Of a stretch of 53,100 bases of DNA, positions 16,902-26,340 are shown one piece after another (position 1 is the first letter of the stretch; every line of letters starts with the position of its first letter). The translations under genes and the position numbers were made by a program. The notes beneath the pieces were generated by a model, which saw only the letters and a list, made by a program, of their open reading frames with translations, did no database searches and was not told the origin of the DNA. The DNA is from a virus (taxonomy: Duplodnaviria; Caudoviricetes): the IMG/VR virus record IMGVR_UViG_3300027985_001356, positions 1-53,100 of that record; one strand, 5' to 3'.

Positions 16902-17297
16902 ATGTCGAGTGCTGATGGCAGCAAGAATCTCCAGCCGGAGAGGCCGAGAAAGAGAAAGCCAACGCCTGCGTCGTGGAAGAAAGGCCAGAGTGGCAATCCG
17001 GAAGGACGCAGGAAGGAGATTGGTCATGTCCGCGAGCTAGCTAGGCTCTATACCGAAGATGCTATGAGCGCTTTGGCGGAGATTGTTAGGGACAGCAGCG
17101 AGAACGCCTCAGCTCGCGTACGGGCTTGCGAGGTCCTTTTAGATAGGGGCTGGGGGCGCCCGCCGGCTGCCCTTGAGCTCACGGGGTTCGATGGCGGACC
17201 CATCCTTTTTGAGGAGGCTCAGAATGAACTCGAAAGCATCCTTGATAGCATCTCTGTCCGATGCCGAGAGGAAAGCCTGGGTATCGAGCCTCACTAA
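16902..17297 (+). CDS. terS: Terminase small subunit (DUF5681-like)
   Basis: WKKGQSGNPEGR...ARVRACEVLLDRGWGRP; precedes TerL. Confidence 0.8.
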   Translation: MSSADGSKNLQPERPRKRKPTPASWKKGQSGNPEGRRKEIGHVRELARLYTEDAMSALAEIVRDSSENASARVRACEVLLDRGWGRPPAALELTGFDGGPILFEEAQNELESILDSISVRCREESLGIEPH

Positions 17298-18549
17298 AGA
17301 GCAGGCGGCTGCGCTTCGATGGGAATGGGCGTTTTTTGCTAGGCCCGAACAGCTGGCGCCCGAAGGGAATTGGGACACTTGGTTAATTCTTTCCGGCAGG
17401 GGTTGGGGTAAGAGTCGGACGGGCGCGGAGTGGGTCCGCTCGCTTGCTGAGTCTGGCAAGGCAAAGCGGATTGCCTTAGTTGGTGCAACGGCTGCGGACG
17501 TTCGCGATGTGATGATCGAGGGCGAGAGTGGCATTATGTCGATATGTCCTCCTTGGGATCGGCCTCTCTATGAGCCCAGCAAAAGGCGTATCACCTGGCC
17601 TAATGGTGCGATGGCGACAGCGTACAGCGCAGATGAGCCAGACAGACTCCGTGGGCCTCAGCATGATGCGGCCTGGTGCGACGAAATTGCAGCATGGCGC
17701 TACGGGGAGGCCTGGGACCAATTGCGCTTCGGTCTACGCTTAGGCGATAGACCTCAAACCGTGGTCACGACAACTCCAAGACCAACGCAGATGATACGCG
17801 ATCTAATCAAGCACAAGACCACCGTTGTTACGAAGGGTTCTACCTATGACAACAGGATGAATCTTGCCCCGACATTCTTCAGCCAGATCATATCTAAGTA
17901 CGAAGGGACACGGATAGGAAGGCAGGAGCTTCATGCGGAGCTTTTGGATGATGTCCAAGGGGCACTGTGGCAGCACGCTGATATCGATAAGTGTAGAGTC
18001 TCTACTGTCCCCTTGCTACGCAGGGCCGTTGTGGCAATAGACCCTGCCGTAACAAGTGGTGAGCATTCGGACGAGACAGGAATTATCGTTGCTGGCATCG
18101 ACGAGAAACGCCAGGGTTACGTCATTGCCGATCTGAGTGGGCAGTATTCCCCCGGGGAATGGGCCAAGGTGGCGGTGGATGCGTATTATAAATACGATGC
18201 AGATCGGGTTGTTGCCGAGGTGAATAATGGCGGCGATCTGGTTGAATTCACCCTTCGGACGGTTGCTCAAAACGTTAGCTACAAAGATGTTCGTGCAACG
18301 CGCGGGAAGTTTACCAGGGCTGAGCCGATCGCCGCGCTATACGAACAGCATAAAATTCATCATGTTGGGATGTTTGCCAAGCTTGAAGACCAGATGTGCA
18401 CCTACGTTCCAGGGGGCAAGTCCCCCGATCGGATGGATGCTCTCGTGTGGGCATTCTTCGACCTCATCGTCAAGGAGGAGTCGTTTTCCATTGGCACATT
18501 TGGTAGCTCGGTGTTTTCCACGGGGTTACGTAATGGCAGACACGTGTGA
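17224..18549 (+). CDS. terL: Terminase large subunit
   Basis: GRGWGKS Walker A, LRGPQ, WCDE Walker B, TTTP, AIDPA..DETG, EVNNGG, DRMDALVW. Confidence 0.96.
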   Translation: MNSKASLIASLSDAERKAWVSSLTKEQAAALRWEWAFFARPEQLAPEGNWDTWLILSGRGWGKSRTGAEWVRSLAESGKAKRIALVGATAADVRDVMIEGESGIMSICPPWDRPLYEPSKRRITWPNGAMATAYSADEPDRLRGPQHDAAWCDEIAAWRYGEAWDQLRFGLRLGDRPQTVVTTTPRPTQMIRDLIKHKTTVVTKGSTYDNRMNLAPTFFSQIISKYEGTRIGRQELHAELLDDVQGALWQHADIDKCRVSTVPLLRRAVVAIDPAVTSGEHSDETGIIVAGIDEKRQGYVIADLSGQYSPGEWAKVAVDAYYKYDADRVVAEVNNGGDLVEFTLRTVAQNVSYKDVRATRGKFTRAEPIAALYEQHKIHHVGMFAKLEDQMCTYVPGGKSPDRMDALVWAFFDLIVKEESFSIGTFGSSVFSTGLRNGRHV

Positions 18550-18637
18550 ATAATGGCCTGATAACAGTGCCATAGACTGAGCAAGTTGGTAACGTAGGGG
18601 GGATGCTCGGGGATACAAGGAAAACTGGGGGTGCTTC

Positions 18638-20230
18638 GTGAGTCTTGCCAAGGTACACAAACAAGAGCCCAGCAAGGTTCGCCCCTTGGATGTTTTAGGA
18701 TCTACAGGGCTAAAGCACCACGCGGGAATCATAGACGAGGAGTTTCTTACTCGACTGCGTGGCGAGAACGCGATCAAGACCTATCGCGAGATGGTCCACA
18801 ACAGCCCCACGATTGCGGCTGCTCTCAATGCAATCAAGATGCTTATCGGGCAAGTCAAATGGCGGGTTGAGCCTGCTGATGAATCGGATGCTGCTATTGC
18901 AGAGGCGGAGGACACGGAATCAGCGCTCGAGGATATGAGCCACACCTTTTCGTCCTTCGTGAGCGAAGCACTCTCGATGATCTGGGCAGGATATGCGCCG
19001 TTTGAGATTATCTATAAGCTTCGTCGAGGGCCAGACCAAGACGATGCGTCACTCCGCAGTAAGTTCAATGATGGAAAGTGGGGCTGGCGCAAGGTTGAGA
19101 TCAGAGGGCAAGAGACACTCTCTAACTGGGTCTTTGATGATGAGGGTGGTCTTAACGGGATGGTGCAATGGGATACGCATGCACCCCAGACAGGGTCTGT
19201 CTTTATCCCCATTGATAAAATGCTCCTGTTTCGCACGAGCACGTTTAAAAATAACCCAGAGGGCCAATCCATGCTTAGGCCCGCGGTTATCCCGTATTGG
19301 TTTACCAAGCGTATCCAGGAGTTCGAGGCAATCGGGATTGAGCGCAACTTGGCCGGGATGCCCATCATGGAGGTTCCTCCCGAAATTCTAGTCGCAGATG
19401 CATCCGCAGAGCATAGGGCTACGCGCACCTTCCTTGAACAGTTCGTCACTCAGGTGAAGATGGATGAACGATGGGGTGGTCTTGTTCCCAGCGAGCTCAA
19501 GCCCGACGGCTCGCCTAGCGGATACAAGTTCAAACTGATGCAGTCCTCTGGGCGCAAGCTCGTGGACACAGACATCATCATCAAACGTTACCGCTCTGAG
19601 ATGCTGATGCTGTTCATGGCGCAGTTTTTGGTCATGGGGACCGAAAAGGTTGGGTCCTTCTCGCTGTCGAGCAACATGACCGCGATGTTTGGCACGGCGC
19701 TTGGGGCGATTATGGATAATATCGCCGATACCGCGAATCGGTTCCTGATCCCTAGAAGGCAGAGGCTCAACAAGAGACCTCAAGAGCTAGATCCTGTACT
19801 TGTCCATGGAGACATTGAAGGGCCTGAGCTCGACAAGGTCGCGGCCTATATCAACCAACTCGCGTCGGCAGGGATGATTGGTCCAAATCCTGCGCTCGAG
19901 CGAAAGCTGATGGAGATTGGCAACCTGCCCCAGCCCGAGGAAGATGAAGAGGTGCCCCCGGCCCTGTCTGAGAACACGATCAATTCGACGGGTCGCCAAT
20001 CCCTCTCTGCAGATCAGGTAAAGGCCATGATGGAAATCCTAAGGGCCCTTAAAGGGGGCTTGCTCGATAGGCCATCTGCCATCATGGCGCTATCAGCTGC
20101 GCTAGGGATTAGCGAAGAGCAGGCGGAGGGGTTTATTCCGGCAGAACCCGAAGATCCTCCTCAGCCTGAAACAATATTGCCCTCGCCTGAGGAGATTGCA
20201 GAGTTGGCCGTCGAGGATGAGAATGAGTAA
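18638..20230 (+). CDS. Portal protein (DUF935-like)
   Basis: Follows TerL; NNPEGQSMLR, GIERNLAGMP, GSFSLS. Confidence 0.9.
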   Translation: MSLAKVHKQEPSKVRPLDVLGSTGLKHHAGIIDEEFLTRLRGENAIKTYREMVHNSPTIAAALNAIKMLIGQVKWRVEPADESDAAIAEAEDTESALEDMSHTFSSFVSEALSMIWAGYAPFEIIYKLRRGPDQDDASLRSKFNDGKWGWRKVEIRGQETLSNWVFDDEGGLNGMVQWDTHAPQTGSVFIPIDKMLLFRTSTFKNNPEGQSMLRPAVIPYWFTKRIQEFEAIGIERNLAGMPIMEVPPEILVADASAEHRATRTFLEQFVTQVKMDERWGGLVPSELKPDGSPSGYKFKLMQSSGRKLVDTDIIIKRYRSEMLMLFMAQFLVMGTEKVGSFSLSSNMTAMFGTALGAIMDNIADTANRFLIPRRQRLNKRPQELDPVLVHGDIEGPELDKVAAYINQLASAGMIGPNPALERKLMEIGNLPQPEEDEEVPPALSENTINSTGRQSLSADQVKAMMEILRALKGGLLDRPSAIMALSAALGISEEQAEGFIPAEPEDPPQPETILPSPEEIAELAVEDENE

Positions 20231-20627
20231 AGCGCTGCCTCAGATGGACTTTGATACCATGGCTATTGCCGCCGAATATTGGGGGCTAAGCGTCTCATGG
20301 TATCAAAGGTTTTTTTGGACGAGAAAGCGACTTCGCAAGGCTATCGGGTCTGCGATTCGGTGCCATGGATCGTTAGTAGGAACTGACGAGCATATTGCCA
20401 ATGTGCTTAAACGTGCATGTGTCGGGATTCATAGTGTCATCGTAACAACGCCGGAGGCGGGCAAGGTTAGTGTTCATCTAAACCACAAATGGTGGGCATT
20501 CTTTTGGGCGCGCAAGAATAAGCGATTGGCCGCTTCGGCTGATATATATCCAGCAGGTATCAGAGTCCAGGTGACGAGCTGGAACCACGAACGGCCCTCC
20601 GAAGGAGCTAGCAGTGTCAACCCTTGA
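20223..20627 (+). CDS. Hypothetical protein, P2 gpI-like motif pattern
   Basis: AEYWG..W...RLRKAI..AIRCH..GT...I; PAGIRV. Confidence 0.55.
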   Translation: MSKALPQMDFDTMAIAAEYWGLSVSWYQRFFWTRKRLRKAIGSAIRCHGSLVGTDEHIANVLKRACVGIHSVIVTTPEAGKVSVHLNHKWWAFFWARKNKRLAASADIYPAGIRVQVTSWNHERPSEGASSVNP

Positions 20628-20787
20628 TGATACCAAGAAGCAGTTGGAAGAGGCGCGCGCGATAGCTGCTGTCCTTGCCCATTGTTATGACAATGACAAT
20701 CGGCCTCCGTTCCATATGCTTGAACGGGCTAGGCGGTGGCAACATAAGTCAAGGAGCAGCGACGATGGACACGAAAGCCTCCTCTAA
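20614..20787 (+). CDS. 57-aa hypothetical protein (not in ORF track)
   Basis: AAGGAG SD, GTG start, MSTLDDTKKQLEEAR... Confidence 0.55.
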   Translation: MSTLDDTKKQLEEARAIAAVLAHCYDNDNRPPFHMLERARRWQHKSRSSDDGHESLL

Positions 20788-20929
20788 CGTCGCCAAGGTC
20801 TGCTATTTCTGCCGCACGCAGTTCGATGCACTGGACAAGCATTGGTCAAACGCGCCAGTGAGCCCAACAGAGCGGGGCAATGTTTGTGTTAACTGTCACT
20901 ATAAGGTGACAGGCGGGGAGCTGCGGTGA
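20765..20929 (+). CDS. Small Zn-ribbon protein
   Basis: AAGGAG SD; CYFC...CVNC. Confidence 0.6.
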   Translation: MDTKASSNVAKVCYFCRTQFDALDKHWSNAPVSPTERGNVCVNCHYKVTGGELR

Positions 20930-21159
20930 AAATCTTCACAGGCAAAACCATTCTATATATTGGCGAAGATGACTCCTTCAGGGAGAAGCGTTGTCATATC
21001 TGCAAAGCGAGCAACCCCCTTCATGCCGTGGTTGGCGTCCGTAATACCCATGAGGATTCAGAACACTTTGGCAAATGGCACGTCTTCTGTGGTGATAAGA
21101 TTGTTTGGCTGAGCCAGGAGGAGATTGATCGGGACTTTGTTGAGGTGAATGGGGGATGA
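20926..21159 (+). CDS. Small hypothetical protein
   Basis: GTGA-coupled. Confidence 0.6.
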   Translation: MKIFTGKTILYIGEDDSFREKRCHICKASNPLHAVVGVRNTHEDSEHFGKWHVFCGDKIVWLSQEEIDRDFVEVNGG

Positions 21160-21162
21160 ACA

Positions 21163-21360
21163 GTGGCAACCAAGCCTAAAGAGTCGCACTGGGGCGAAGA
21201 TGTTCCCACGTTTGACGCGGCATTCTACAAAGAGTGGCTAAATAACGAATTCAAGCGTGGCATGCGCGACATGCTCGCCAATGCTTTATGGGAAGACGCA
21301 ATAGTTCAAGCAGACGTGGACAGATATTTGGACCAATGGCGCAAGGTTGAGGGAGAGTGA
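21163..21360 (+). CDS. Small hypothetical protein
   Basis: GGGGG SD, GTG start. Confidence 0.6.
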   Translation: MATKPKESHWGEDVPTFDAAFYKEWLNNEFKRGMRDMLANALWEDAIVQADVDRYLDQWRKVEGE

Positions 21361-21546
21361 ATGTTTTCTGAGAATTATTGCTTGTGCGTGAATCAGTGCG
21401 AACAATGCGGGGCCTGCTGCAGGTATGAGTGCGAGCATCGCGGCTCCCACATAAGGACGCTCTCGACAACATCCGACAGCATTGGTTGCGTGGTCGAGTC
21501 ACTAACATCAGACAGGTGCATCCTGGATGCATCGGGCTCCCAGTGA
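21361..21546 (+). CDS. Small Cys-rich hypothetical protein
   Basis: Abuts neighbours, GGAGAG SD. Confidence 0.4.
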   Translation: MFSENYCLCVNQCEQCGACCRYECEHRGSHIRTLSTTSDSIGCVVESLTSDRCILDASGSQ

Positions 21547-21547
21547 C

Positions 21548-22516
21548 ATGTCCCTGATCACCAAAGCGAACCGTCGCGTCAAACAGCCCGCATGGCAACG
21601 TGGTCTTAAAGTCCCCGACAAAGAGCAACGAGACGCATTGGCAATCACGGCCAATCACGAACAGAAGTTCTCGCGTGCGTTTCTGAAACTTCTCAGAGAT
21701 CTGCTCACCCCCGACATGCTTAGGCAGATTGGTAAACTGGTGAGATCTGATCTGAGGCCAAACGAGATCATCGATCAAATCCCCTTCTTCGACCCAGACA
21801 ATCCTAAGACCTTCGCCATCTGGCAGGGGTTCGCGCACAAAATGGAGGGGGTCTACACTAAGGTAATTGAAGAATCCGTCCAGAATGAAAATCGTAAGCG
21901 TGGCTGGAAAGTGGACGTGTTCAAGGTTGAGGCGCCAGAGCTGCCAGCGAATGCAACCCCTGCGGATTTCGTGCGAATCAGGTCGCTTACGCGCGTGGTC
22001 GATATTTCGGACAAGGAGAGGGAGCGAATTCGCGAAATCCTTATCAGGGGGCTCGAGCGTAGGGTGGTTCCATCGTCGATGATCGAGGAGATAGAGGACA
22101 CCGTGGGGCTTACTGTTCTACAGGCAGCCCGTGTGGAGCGTAGAGTTGCGGCTGCCGCGGCCGTAGGGGCCAAGGGCGACCAACTACGCAAGATACGACA
22201 GGACCTAGCCGCGGGGCTCAGGAGACAGCGAGCACGTACTATCGCTAGGACCGAGGCCAACGATGCAATATCCCGAGGTCTCACTGAATCGTGGAAGCGT
22301 GCGGCTGATGCAGGTCTGAGCCCGCCTGGAACAAAGAAGCGTTGGGTTGCCATGGCTGGAGATGATCGAATTAGCGAAATCTGCGAGGATCTGGATGGGC
22401 AAGAAGTGGGATTGAATGAGAATTTTTCATCAGGGGCAGGTGAAGGGTTCACGGGGGAAGGGCCTCCTGCTCATCCTAATTGCAGATCTACTATGGTGCT
22501 GGTGTTTCCATCATGA
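21548..22516 (+). CDS. Head morphogenesis / MuF (SPP1 gp7-like) protein
   Basis: RARTIARTE, KKRW, C..LDGQ, PPAHPNCRS. Confidence 0.9.
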   Translation: MSLITKANRRVKQPAWQRGLKVPDKEQRDALAITANHEQKFSRAFLKLLRDLLTPDMLRQIGKLVRSDLRPNEIIDQIPFFDPDNPKTFAIWQGFAHKMEGVYTKVIEESVQNENRKRGWKVDVFKVEAPELPANATPADFVRIRSLTRVVDISDKERERIREILIRGLERRVVPSSMIEEIEDTVGLTVLQAARVERRVAAAAAVGAKGDQLRKIRQDLAAGLRRQRARTIARTEANDAISRGLTESWKRAADAGLSPPGTKKRWVAMAGDDRISEICEDLDGQEVGLNENFSSGAGEGFTGEGPPAHPNCRSTMVLVFPS

Positions 22517-22629
22517 TGGTTTTCCTAAACCGCATCTGGTGTGCCCTTGTAGGCAGACACGTCTGGGCCTTGAATCTTGCCGAGAAGGAAGCGTGGTGTG
22601 AAAAGTGCCAAACGAGGATGAGATGGTGA
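22513..22629 (+). CDS. 38-aa Zn-ribbon peptide (not in ORF track)
   Basis: ATGA-coupled; WCALVGRHVW...CEKC. Confidence 0.5.
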   Translation: MMVFLNRIWCALVGRHVWALNLAEKEAWCEKCQTRMRW

Positions 22630-22633
22630 GAAG

Positions 22634-24997
22634 ATGCCACTAGTCGAAGCATGTTCTGTTGATGCGTTCCGCGAAAATATTCGCACTGAGATTAAAGCTG
22701 GAAAGAGTCCAAGCCAGGCCACTGCAATTGCCAGGCGAGTGCTTGATGATTCGTGCAAAAGGGAGGGGAAGCCAGTGCCTGATGAGATAGCCAAAGAGAA
22801 TAAGGCCAAGAAAGAAAATAAGCCCAATAGTCGAGAGTATTTGGAGGCTGCCCTTGAGCAAGCAAAGAAGCTTCTGCCTGGATGGATGTTCGCTGCGATT
22901 CATGCGGCGGCATTTCCCGCATCGGGTGGTAGGGCTGCCCGGAATCGCAGGCTTGAGGCAGCGGAAAAGCTATGGATCGAAAAAAAGGCAATCTCCTCAC
23001 TGTCCAATCAAGAGCTGAAGTCAATGCTTCACAAGCTCAACGTCACCTTTGCAGCGAACACAAGGCAGAAGAAAGACGTCAATGCTGTCCTGTCTCGGGT
23101 CAAGTCTGTTGTAGCCGAGATGAAAAAGCGAAAGATGGAAGTGAAGGGCAGAGCTGTTGACGCTATTGCCAAAGCAGAAACATCTGTTATTTCTGTCGAC
23201 GGTCCACAGGAATGGGGCGAGCTAAAGAAGGGTTTCCAGAATGGTGAGCCTGAGGGCGGAATGCATGCCCATGGTCTGGATAGGCAAAACTCCAAGACCC
23301 TGATGGACGGCGAGCACTTGCATCTCTTTGTGATCCCCGGCACCGGCGAGATGGTGTTAACCCTTGAAGACGGCGCCCATGCGCATGGTATTTCCAAGGA
23401 AGGCAACACAACCGAGTCTGATGGTACGCATTCGCACCGGGTTCCCATGATGGACGGGTCTGTACTTGAGACCACGCTCGGGGGTGCGCATGCGCACGAG
23501 CTAATGATCGAAACCAGTGGTTTTGGGGGATTGCACCAACATGTTTTGAAGTTGCAGGATGGGACGGAAATACCCTCTCTGTCACCAGCGGAGTTTGTCG
23601 CCAGGTTTGTCGATTTCTCCAGCATTGCTGCGCATCCGATCCACTCATCTCGAGATGTTGCCAATGCCCTGAATGAGGCGAGTGATTTGCGCGATCAGTT
23701 ATTCCCTTCAGCTGGGTTCCCTACCCCAGATCAACTCGTGGAAGATTTCGCCAAAGGCAAAGAGCGGCCCCCGCTACCCAACACCTGTTGGGAAGTAGTC
23801 CGGTTAGCCAAGGACGGGGCCTTTTGTGCGCTGTCTGATATGGACGACCCGGTTCTTGTACAGAATTCTATAGGGCTGGATTTGGCCGTTGGCGATGTGG
23901 TGGAGTTGGATGCGCATGCCCAAATTGTCGCGTATTCAAAGTCTTCCGAGCCTCACAGTTTCGAGGAAGCGAACACATTAGCCACCTATGTAAGCATAGT
24001 GGAGAAGTCGCTAGAGAACATCCCTTTTGCCGGCCCGCAAGGAGCGCCACTTGTATTTGTATCGGCGACACCGACAAATCTAGAGTTCGCGCGAAAGGAA
24101 GGTCTTGCGGGTCAAGATGGTGAGATTTTCCAGGAGAAATACCTGTCTCCTTTAGGGCTTACAAAGAAGGATGTTGGTATTGGGTTTGCGATCCCCGTGC
24201 GATGCCCTGAGCCTAACAATGATCATATCGATCTGTGGCGCGATTCGTTGTTGAAATCACTATCGATATACGACAGTGCAAAGGTTGTTGCTTTGGGGAG
24301 ATGGGCAAAGGAGGCGCTGGGGCCTATTGCTAGCTTTTCACTTCCCCATCCTGCTGCTGTTCGGCGCCATGGCGACAGAGGTGAAGTGCAACGCAAGCTC
24401 AAGTCCATCCGCAAAGTACTTGACAACAAAGATGTAACCATTGATTCTAAACCAAGTTCTAGCTCTTCGCCGATGCAAGGTGAATCTGGGGCGACCCTCG
24501 CTGATTCCATAAGTGAGCTGAGCCAAGGCGGAAGCCTTCGCGTGTCGGTAGCAAAGTCGTTACCCGAGAAGCAAATTGTTTATGGAGTCATCCTGGATCC
24601 GTATCAGGTTGATTTGCACAACGACTGGATACCGCCCGCGGAGATAGAGGCCACCGCTCATGACTTCCTTACGAAGTCGCGCGTTGTTGGCCTTCGCCAT
24701 GCTGGGAAGGCGGAAGCCGAAGTTGTGGAGAGCTGGGTTGAGGTATATCCGACAAAAGAAGACAGAGAGCTTGCTTTGCAGAATCTGCCCCACCGAGCGA
24801 ATCGGCGGGAATTCGGCGGTGACGTGCTTCACTCGGGGGCTTGGGTCGCGGGGGTTAAGCTAACAGATGAACTCTGGGAGCTGCATAAGCGCGGCGAGCT
24901 GGATGCTTTCAGCATTGGCGGTTTCAGCTTTAAGACGCAGGTCTCTACGGATGCGATGCCCGAAGTTGAGTTCATCGATCTCGCTCCGCAGGCATAA
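22634..24997 (+). CDS. Prohead protease (XkdF-like C-terminus) with N-terminal His-repeat and UDG-like domains
   Basis: C-term VYGVILDP..VDLHND..EIEATAHDF...H...ESW...GAW...GELDAFSIGG; located between MuF and scaffold. Confidence 0.88.
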   Translation: MPLVEACSVDAFRENIRTEIKAGKSPSQATAIARRVLDDSCKREGKPVPDEIAKENKAKKENKPNSREYLEAALEQAKKLLPGWMFAAIHAAAFPASGGRAARNRRLEAAEKLWIEKKAISSLSNQELKSMLHKLNVTFAANTRQKKDVNAVLSRVKSVVAEMKKRKMEVKGRAVDAIAKAETSVISVDGPQEWGELKKGFQNGEPEGGMHAHGLDRQNSKTLMDGEHLHLFVIPGTGEMVLTLEDGAHAHGISKEGNTTESDGTHSHRVPMMDGSVLETTLGGAHAHELMIETSGFGGLHQHVLKLQDGTEIPSLSPAEFVARFVDFSSIAAHPIHSSRDVANALNEASDLRDQLFPSAGFPTPDQLVEDFAKGKERPPLPNTCWEVVRLAKDGAFCALSDMDDPVLVQNSIGLDLAVGDVVELDAHAQIVAYSKSSEPHSFEEANTLATYVSIVEKSLENIPFAGPQGAPLVFVSATPTNLEFARKEGLAGQDGEIFQEKYLSPLGLTKKDVGIGFAIPVRCPEPNNDHIDLWRDSLLKSLSIYDSAKVVALGRWAKEALGPIASFSLPHPAAVRRHGDRGEVQRKLKSIRKVLDNKDVTIDSKPSSSSSPMQGESGATLADSISELSQGGSLRVSVAKSLPEKQIVYGVILDPYQVDLHNDWIPPAEIEATAHDFLTKSRVVGLRHAGKAEAEVVESWVEVYPTKEDRELALQNLPHRANRREFGGDVLHSGAWVAGVKLTDELWELHKRGELDAFSIGGFSFKTQVSTDAMPEVEFIDLAPQA

Positions 24998-25021
24998 CCC
25001 AAACATAGATAGGGGGCATGA

Positions 25022-25912
25022 ATGCCCACAGTCGTGAACATGCTCACCGCCGTTCAAACGGCAGAGGTGAGTCTCGTTAAGCGTGGCGCTAACAATAAGC
25101 GCTTCGCCCTAACCAAATCCAAGGAGCAGCAGATGCCAATTCAGGAGCTAGCCAAGACGGTTATCGAAACTGAAGCGGAAGGCGAAGGCAAGCTGATTGA
25201 GACTCTCAAGGCCGCTGGAGCGGATGAGGAAACAATCGGTATCTCGGTCGCAAATTTCCGACTTCAGAGCGGGTTCAAGGACAAACTGAGCAAGGAAGCG
25301 TTTCGCGCTGTCGCAGAGGCTTCAGGGTTTGAGGTCGCGAAGGCCAAAAAAACCGAAGATGAGGAAGATGAAGAGGAGGGCAATCCGTTCGCCTCTAAGA
25401 AAAAAACGACCAAAGAGGAGGGGGAACCCATGACAGAAGAAATGCGAAAAGCATTTGACGAGCAACAGGCGGAGCTAGTCGAGTTACGAAAAGCCGCTGC
25501 GGAAAAGGACGCTCGTATCGAGAGGATCGAAAAAGCGGCTCAACTTAAAGAATACGTTGCCAAGTGCGCGTCTGACTATGCCCATGTTCCTGGCTCTAGC
25601 GCCGAGGAAATGGGAGAGATGCTGCAGAAGGCATATTCTGTCGATGAAGATCTGGGCAAGAGGTTGGAAAAACAGTGGGCGGAAGCTTCCGAGGCAATCA
25701 AAAAGTCCGAGCTTATCCGTTCTCGCGGCATCAATGCTGTAAGCGATGGTAGCGGAACTGCTTGGGGCAAAATGGAGGCATTCGCCAAAGAGCTCACGGT
25801 GAAGAACGAGGGTCTTTCCGAAGGCAAGGCGATGAGGCTTGTCATGGAACAGCACCCGGAACTGTACCAAGAATACCTCAACGAGAATCCAGCGCAGCTG
25901 GGTCGTCGATAG
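25022..25912 (+). CDS. Capsid scaffolding protein
   Basis: EVSLVKRGAN..F N-term, charged coiled coil, HPELYQEY end. Confidence 0.8.
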   Translation: MPTVVNMLTAVQTAEVSLVKRGANNKRFALTKSKEQQMPIQELAKTVIETEAEGEGKLIETLKAAGADEETIGISVANFRLQSGFKDKLSKEAFRAVAEASGFEVAKAKKTEDEEDEEEGNPFASKKKTTKEEGEPMTEEMRKAFDEQQAELVELRKAAAEKDARIERIEKAAQLKEYVAKCASDYAHVPGSSAEEMGEMLQKAYSVDEDLGKRLEKQWAEASEAIKKSELIRSRGINAVSDGSGTAWGKMEAFAKELTVKNEGLSEGKAMRLVMEQHPELYQEYLNENPAQLGRR

Positions 25913-25926
25913 AAAGGAATTGAATC

Positions 25927-26301
25927 ATGGCATATGATAATGCGAGATATACCCTGCCCGGGATTAGCGCGGGTGCGGATCTGACAGCAGCGCAGCATAG
26001 GTTTGTGTCTATTGATGCAACCGGACGCGCTGTTCTTACGGCAGCAGGCGCGCGTGTTGATGGCGTCGTGGACAACAAGCCCAATCTTGATGAAGCAGCC
26101 GCTGTCCTTGGATACGGATCCGTTGCGAAGGTAGAAGCGAGTGCCGCAATTGCTGCGGGTGCTTCTGTTGCGTCTGCTGCAAACGGTCAGGCTGTTACAG
26201 CAACTCTTAATGCTTTCATTGCTGGTGTATGCGTCGAGGCCGCAGGCGCCGCGGGTGAGCTTTGTTCCATCTACCTAGCCTCTCATGGACAGTCGCCGTA
26301 A
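25927..26301 (+). CDS. Capsid cement/decoration protein (DUF2190-like)
   Basis: Ala/Gly-rich, AGADL..HRFV, directly before MCP. Confidence 0.8.
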   Translation: MAYDNARYTLPGISAGADLTAAQHRFVSIDATGRAVLTAAGARVDGVVDNKPNLDEAAAVLGYGSVAKVEASAAIAAGASVASAANGQAVTATLNAFIAGVCVEAAGAAGELCSIYLASHGQSP

Positions 26302-26340
26302 TTCTTGGCTTCTGAACAACTAAAGAAAGGATAGAGAACA

